DNA of 64,000 nucleotides from Gammaproteobacteria bacterium (GTDB lineage: Bacteria; Pseudomonadota; Gammaproteobacteria; SZUA-152): assembly GCA_024276955.1 (NCBI GenBank), contig JAJRWE010000033.1, positions 54 to 64,053 on the forward strand. The letters are read 5' to 3'. The first letter of the stretch is position 1, and the number at the start of each line of letters is the position of its first letter. The notes under the pieces are model-generated. The model did not search any database. It was not told the origin of the DNA and was given only the letters and a program-made list of their open reading frames with translations. Shown piece by piece: positions 60,181-64,000 of this stretch. The position numbers were made by a program, and so were the translations under genes.

Positions 60181-60342
60181 CCGTAGGAGCGGGCCATGCC
60201 CGCGATGGTCACGATATTGTAGGAGCGCCTTCAGGCGCGACAGCCAGAATCAATCAAACTGTCGCGCCTGAAGACACTCCTACAAGTGCATCGATGAAGC
60301 CTTGATGATAAAACCATCGCGGGCATGGCCCGCTCCTACGGG
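60181..60342. repeat. REP-like nested palindromic element
   Basis: Outer 28 bp perfect inverted repeat ccgtaggagcgggccatgcccgcgatgg / ccatcgcgggcatggcccgctcctacgg. Inner imperfect inverted repeat tgtaggagcgccttcaggcgcgacag / ctgtcgcgcctgaagacactcctaca. Confidence 0.85.
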
Positions 60343-60866
60343 CCCGTACCCTGACGTAACAGTACACGTGCCACATCGATGGCCTGATCCAGATAGGCAG
60401 GGTAGAAATCCGGCGAGGTGTAGCCGACGATCCTGGGCACCAGCTCACGGCCCTCGCCATCCAGCAGGTAGAGGGTGGGCACCATACCGACCCTCTTCCG
60501 CCGCACCAACTCGTCGGCACTGATTTCCCGCCCCTGGAAATCACGCAGGCTGTCCGCCGTCTCCAGCATGATTTTGCGCAACAGCACCCGACGCGGGTCG
60601 TCACCGACCAGTTTCATCGGCCCCAGTACCTCGGCCTCCAGTCGCTCACAAAAGTGGCAGTCTTCACTGGCGAACATCAACAGGATCGGCACACCGGCCT
60701 CGCGCACCATGCGGCCCAGTGCCTGCAGGTCACTGACCTCCGTCAGTTGTGTGTGGGGGCCGTCCTCGGCCATATCGTCTTCATCGGCCAGCACCGGCAA
60801 GGCGAACAGGCCCAGCAGTGCCAGTGCAAGCCATTGGCAGATAATGGAATTTTGTAATCTGCTCAT
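60336..60866 (-). CDS. Periplasmic thioredoxin-fold protein (CxxC)
   Basis: 176 aa; signal peptide; MFASEDCHFCERLE CxxC; the 3' end runs into the REP arm, so the true stop may differ. Confidence 0.6.
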   Translation of the reverse strand: MSRLQNSIICQWLALALLGLFALPVLADEDDMAEDGPHTQLTEVSDLQALGRMVREAGVPILLMFASEDCHFCERLEAEVLGPMKLVGDDPRRVLLRKIMLETADSLRDFQGREISADELVRRKRVGMVPTLYLLDGEGRELVPRIVGYTSPDFYPAYLDQAIDVARVLLRQGTGP

Positions 60867-60902
60867 CGTGCTGTTACCCGTCTACCATGCCCAAATCACG
60901 AC

Positions 60903-60973
60903 CGTAGGAGCGGACCCTCGGGCCGCGAAAGGGCCCTGATGCCAAACCTTCGCGGCCGAGGGTCCGCTCCCAC
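60903..60973. repeat. REP-like palindrome (gtaggagcggaccctcgggccgcgaa ... ttcgcggccgagggtccgctcccac)
   Basis: ~23 bp stem with ~19 nt loop; same GTAGGAGCGG core as the other two elements. Confidence 0.8.
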
Positions 60974-61018
60974 CTGTCGGTGTTCAATCTCAGAGTCTCA
61001 GGCGCCACCCGGAGTTCC

Positions 61019-61495
61019 TCAGTCCAGCAACATCCACAGCCCCAGCAGGGCAAGAACCAGGGCAAACACCCGTTTCAATGCCAGTCCCGACAGCCGATAC
61101 GCCAACCGCGCACCCAGCGGGGCGAACAGCACGCTGGCGGCCACCAGCAATTCGAAGGCACCGAAGCCCACCCTCAGCCACTGCCCGGACAGCCACGACG
61201 CCTGCATCGCCCTCAGCCCAGCACCCAACAGGATACCCGGCGCCAGCCGCCGAACCTGAGGCCACAGCACCACGCCGCGCCAGTGATGGGCACGCACCGA
61301 GGAGACGGAAGTAAAGACGATACTCGCCAGCGAGGTAGCAATGGCCATCTGCATCAGCCAGGGGCTGTCGACACCGCCCTGTTGCCAGATGGCCAGCAGT
61401 ACCGGCACGATGATCAGGCCACCGCCGATGCCCAGCAGGCCGGCCGAAACGCCGGCCAGCACACCCAATAACAGATACGCCGCCAAGGCCTCCAT
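61019..61495 (-). CDS. TSUP (TauE/SafE) family membrane protein, half-length
   Basis: 158 aa; single GLLGIGGGLIIVPVL repeat motif where full-length TauE proteins (~250 aa) carry two; possibly truncated. Confidence 0.55.
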   Translation of the reverse strand: MEALAAYLLLGVLAGVSAGLLGIGGGLIIVPVLLAIWQQGGVDSPWLMQMAIATSLASIVFTSVSSVRAHHWRGVVLWPQVRRLAPGILLGAGLRAMQASWLSGQWLRVGFGAFELLVAASVLFAPLGARLAYRLSGLALKRVFALVLALLGLWMLLD

Positions 61496-61501
61496 TATTC
61501 C

Positions 61502-63958
61502 CTATCCCAGTACCAGGGGTTCCGGGGTAGCAATGAAATAGCCCTGGGCATAGTCGACACCGATTTCATCCAGTGCCTCCAGCACACCCAGGCGGGTAAC
61601 GAACTCGGCCACGGTCTGTATGCCCATCAGGTGGCCGATTTCGTTGATGGCCGCCACCATCGCGCGGTCAACGGGATTACGATCCATATCCTTGACGAAG
61701 CTGCCGTCTATTTTCAGATAATCCACGGGCAGGTTCTTGAGATAACTAAAGGAACTCAGGCCGCTGCCGAAGTCGTCCAGGGCGAAATGGCAACCCATGC
61801 GCTTGAGTTCGCTGATCAGGCCCACAGCGTGGCTCAGGTTGGTGATGGCGGTGGTCTCGGTCACCTCGAAACACAACCACTGCGGCGGTACGCCACTGGC
61901 CAGCACCGCGGTGGTGACAAAGGCCGGAAAGTCCTCATCACACAGGGACTGACCGGACAGGTTGATGGACAGGTTCATCACCCCGCCCTGCGCTTGCAGG
62001 GCGCGCAGGAAGGTCAGCACCTGTGTCACCACCCAGCGATCGATCTGCGGCATCAGATGGTAGCGCTCTGCGGCGGGCAGGAAGCTGCTGGGCACAACCA
62101 ACTCCCCCTCCCCGGTACGCAGGCGCAGCAGAATCTCACTGTGCGGTGTGTCATTCCCTGCCGGCGGGACCCCCTTCATGGGCCGGATGGCCTGCTGATA
62201 CAGCACGAAGTCATCGTTTTCCAAGGCCTGGCGGATGATTTGCAACCATTGCATCTCGCCCTTCTGATGCAACAGGGCCAGATCGTCCGGTGCGAAGACG
62301 TGCAGCCGGTTGCGGCCCTGATCCTTGGCCACGTAGCAGGCGGAGTCGGCGGCGCTGAGGACATCGGTGATATTGCCGCTCTGCGCGCTGATGGGCGCCA
62401 GGCCGATGCTGATACCCACATCGAAGGCCTTGTCGGCCCAGACGAAACGGAACTCGGACACCATCTGCAACAGGTTATTCACCACCCCGCGCGCCTGCTC
62501 CAGATGACAGCCTTCCAGCAGCAGGCCGAACTCGTCACCCCCCAGGCGGGCGAGGATATCGGCCTCACGGATCGAGGCCCGCATACGCGTGGCCAGCTGC
62601 TTCAGTAACTCGTCGCCGGCCACGTGGCCACAGGTGTCATTGACTACCTTGAAGCGATCCAGATCCATGTAGCACAGGACATGCTCGATACTTTCATGCC
62701 GGGCGCTCTCCAGCGCCAGTTCCAGACGCGCCTCGAATTCATGCCGGTTGATCAGCCCGGTGAGGGAATCGTGGCTGGCCTGATACGACAGGCGGTGGGT
62801 GAGCGAGGTCAGTTCGGTGGTGTCGTGGAACACCAGCACCACACCCAGGGCCTGCTGGTCCGCATCCTGGATCGCCGAAACGCGCACCTCTACCGCGAAC
62901 TCCTTGTCGCCCTCGCGGTTCAGCAGGTTCAGTGGCCCCGGCAGGGGAAAACTATCGGCCGAAGCCAGACAACGCACCACCGGATCCGTCACGGGCTGAT
63001 CACTGTCTTCATCCATCAAGCGCAGCACCGTTGCCAGCGGTTGCCCCATGGCCTCCTCACGGGTCCAGCCTGTGAGTTTTTCGGCCATGACATTGAGGTA
63101 GCCCACCCGCCCCTCGGTATCCGTCGTCACCACCCCGTCGGCGATGGACTGCAGCGTCGAACAGGCAAATTCATCGGCCTTGTGAAACATCGAGGGACGC
63201 CGCTCAAGCAAGGCCGGCACATTCTCCACCACCGCCTCCAGTGGCTGCCTCGACGGCCCCAGGCTGCGCACGAACATCAGTGTACCCAGCACCGCCAGCA
63301 GTTGCAGCAAGGCCCAGACAAACAGTGTCTCTATACTGAAATAGCCCGTGTGCGACCAGTAGTACTGCAGCAGCAGGGTAGTCACCAGCAGTGGCACCAT
63401 GGCCCCCAGCATGAACACCCTGGTACGGATGGAGAGCAACGGCCGCGACAGGTGCAGACCACTCAGGGTGCGACTGAACAGGTCGAAGACGGCAAGGAAC
63501 ACCGGCAGACCAACGATGATAAAGGCGATCAGCGCCACCAGATGGATGCGCAACCAGTCCCCGGTCGTGGCCTCAAAGTCCGTGGCCATCTCGGCGCTGA
63601 CGATGACCGAGGCCGGGGCCAGCAGCAGATAAAACAGAAACACCCCCCAGAAGTGGCGGGGAAAGGCCCGCACCCGGGCCAGTGCAGTAGCGGCGGTCGA
63701 CTCACCGGGCTGCGCCAGCCAGTCCGCCACCGGACGCACAAAGCGGCTGAAATACCACTGCGAAAAAAACAGCCAGCCCAGTACGAAGCCCACCTCCAGC
63801 GGCGTGGTCAACAATTGCAGGATCTGCTGCAGCGAAAACATGCCGATAAGCAACAGAAAGAACATGCCGAACAGCGGCGTAATCAGCCACGCCAGCAGGA
63901 TCAGCAGACGGAAGTGCCGTATGAAATCGGCGCCGGAAGGAGGGTGCGCCGCAGACAC
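61502..63958 (-). CDS. Membrane sensor PAS-GGDEF-EAL protein (bifunctional c-di-GMP cyclase/phosphodiesterase architecture)
   Basis: 818 aa; ~8 N-terminal TM helices, PAS (LQSIADGVVTTDTEGRVGYLN), GGDEF (RLGGDEFGLLL), EAL (CFEVTETT...DDFGSG...YLKIDGSFV). Confidence 0.85.
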   Translation of the reverse strand: MSAAHPPSGADFIRHFRLLILLAWLITPLFGMFFLLLIGMFSLQQILQLLTTPLEVGFVLGWLFFSQWYFSRFVRPVADWLAQPGESTAATALARVRAFPRHFWGVFLFYLLLAPASVIVSAEMATDFEATTGDWLRIHLVALIAFIIVGLPVFLAVFDLFSRTLSGLHLSRPLLSIRTRVFMLGAMVPLLVTTLLLQYYWSHTGYFSIETLFVWALLQLLAVLGTLMFVRSLGPSRQPLEAVVENVPALLERRPSMFHKADEFACSTLQSIADGVVTTDTEGRVGYLNVMAEKLTGWTREEAMGQPLATVLRLMDEDSDQPVTDPVVRCLASADSFPLPGPLNLLNREGDKEFAVEVRVSAIQDADQQALGVVLVFHDTTELTSLTHRLSYQASHDSLTGLINRHEFEARLELALESARHESIEHVLCYMDLDRFKVVNDTCGHVAGDELLKQLATRMRASIREADILARLGGDEFGLLLEGCHLEQARGVVNNLLQMVSEFRFVWADKAFDVGISIGLAPISAQSGNITDVLSAADSACYVAKDQGRNRLHVFAPDDLALLHQKGEMQWLQIIRQALENDDFVLYQQAIRPMKGVPPAGNDTPHSEILLRLRTGEGELVVPSSFLPAAERYHLMPQIDRWVVTQVLTFLRALQAQGGVMNLSINLSGQSLCDEDFPAFVTTAVLASGVPPQWLCFEVTETTAITNLSHAVGLISELKRMGCHFALDDFGSGLSSFSYLKNLPVDYLKIDGSFVKDMDRNPVDRAMVAAINEIGHLMGIQTVAEFVTRLGVLEALDEIGVDYAQGYFIATPEPLVLG

Positions 63959-64000
63959 CCGCTCAGCGCACCCAAATCGTCTTGGCGTTGACGAATTCGC

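Overview
This 64 kb window reads as a gammaproteobacterial chromosome, GC-rich with Pseudomonas-like REP palindromes. The housekeeping backbone is purEK, a glycerol/glycerophosphodiester-type cluster, tsaD<->rpsU-yqeY-dnaG-rpoD, nudE-cysQ-fkpA, rhlB, trxA-rho, ampD-ampE, argH and algZ/algR. Three accessory regions interrupt it.

(1) An ~11.5 kb island on the minus strand runs from ~5.2 to 16.8 kb. It ends at a tRNA(CAU) just downstream of rpoD. It is a Type I restriction-modification operon (hsdM-hsdS...hsdR) whose S and R genes are separated by nested cargo. The cargo comprises a two-gene ABC-type ATPase + small TOPRIM-like (DUF4276-like) module, an MNT/HepT pair in which HepT carries an in-frame TAG, and vapBC. 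A metallophosphoesterase lies upstream of hsdM.

(2) A ~1.5 kb AT-rich islet follows tRNA-Thr and encodes a NYN/OST-HTH/cold-shock-domain protein.

(3) A ~4.8 kb island is bracketed by an imperfect ~73 bp direct duplication of the algR 3' end. It carries a four-gene secreted/lipoprotein operon. Its genes are a lipoprotein with a permuted papain-like domain, a second lipoprotein, a small I9/prodomain-like protein, and a prodomain-less kexin-like S8 protease with a P-domain. A poly-C(11) tract sits in the predicted promoter spacer.

Other notable items:
- a ~1000 aa LVIVD-repeat protein;
- tandem paralogous triheme c-type cytochrome lipoproteins flanked by two ankyrin-repeat lipoproteins;
- a YbaK-like/HDOD fusion next to a DUF484-GGDEF cyclase;
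- a MITE-like element with perfect 18 bp terminal inverted repeats and a related half-copy 39 kb away;
- a ~45 bp intergenic motif shared by two loci;
- nested REP-like palindromes at three sites.

No CRISPR array, integrase or transposase was seen.
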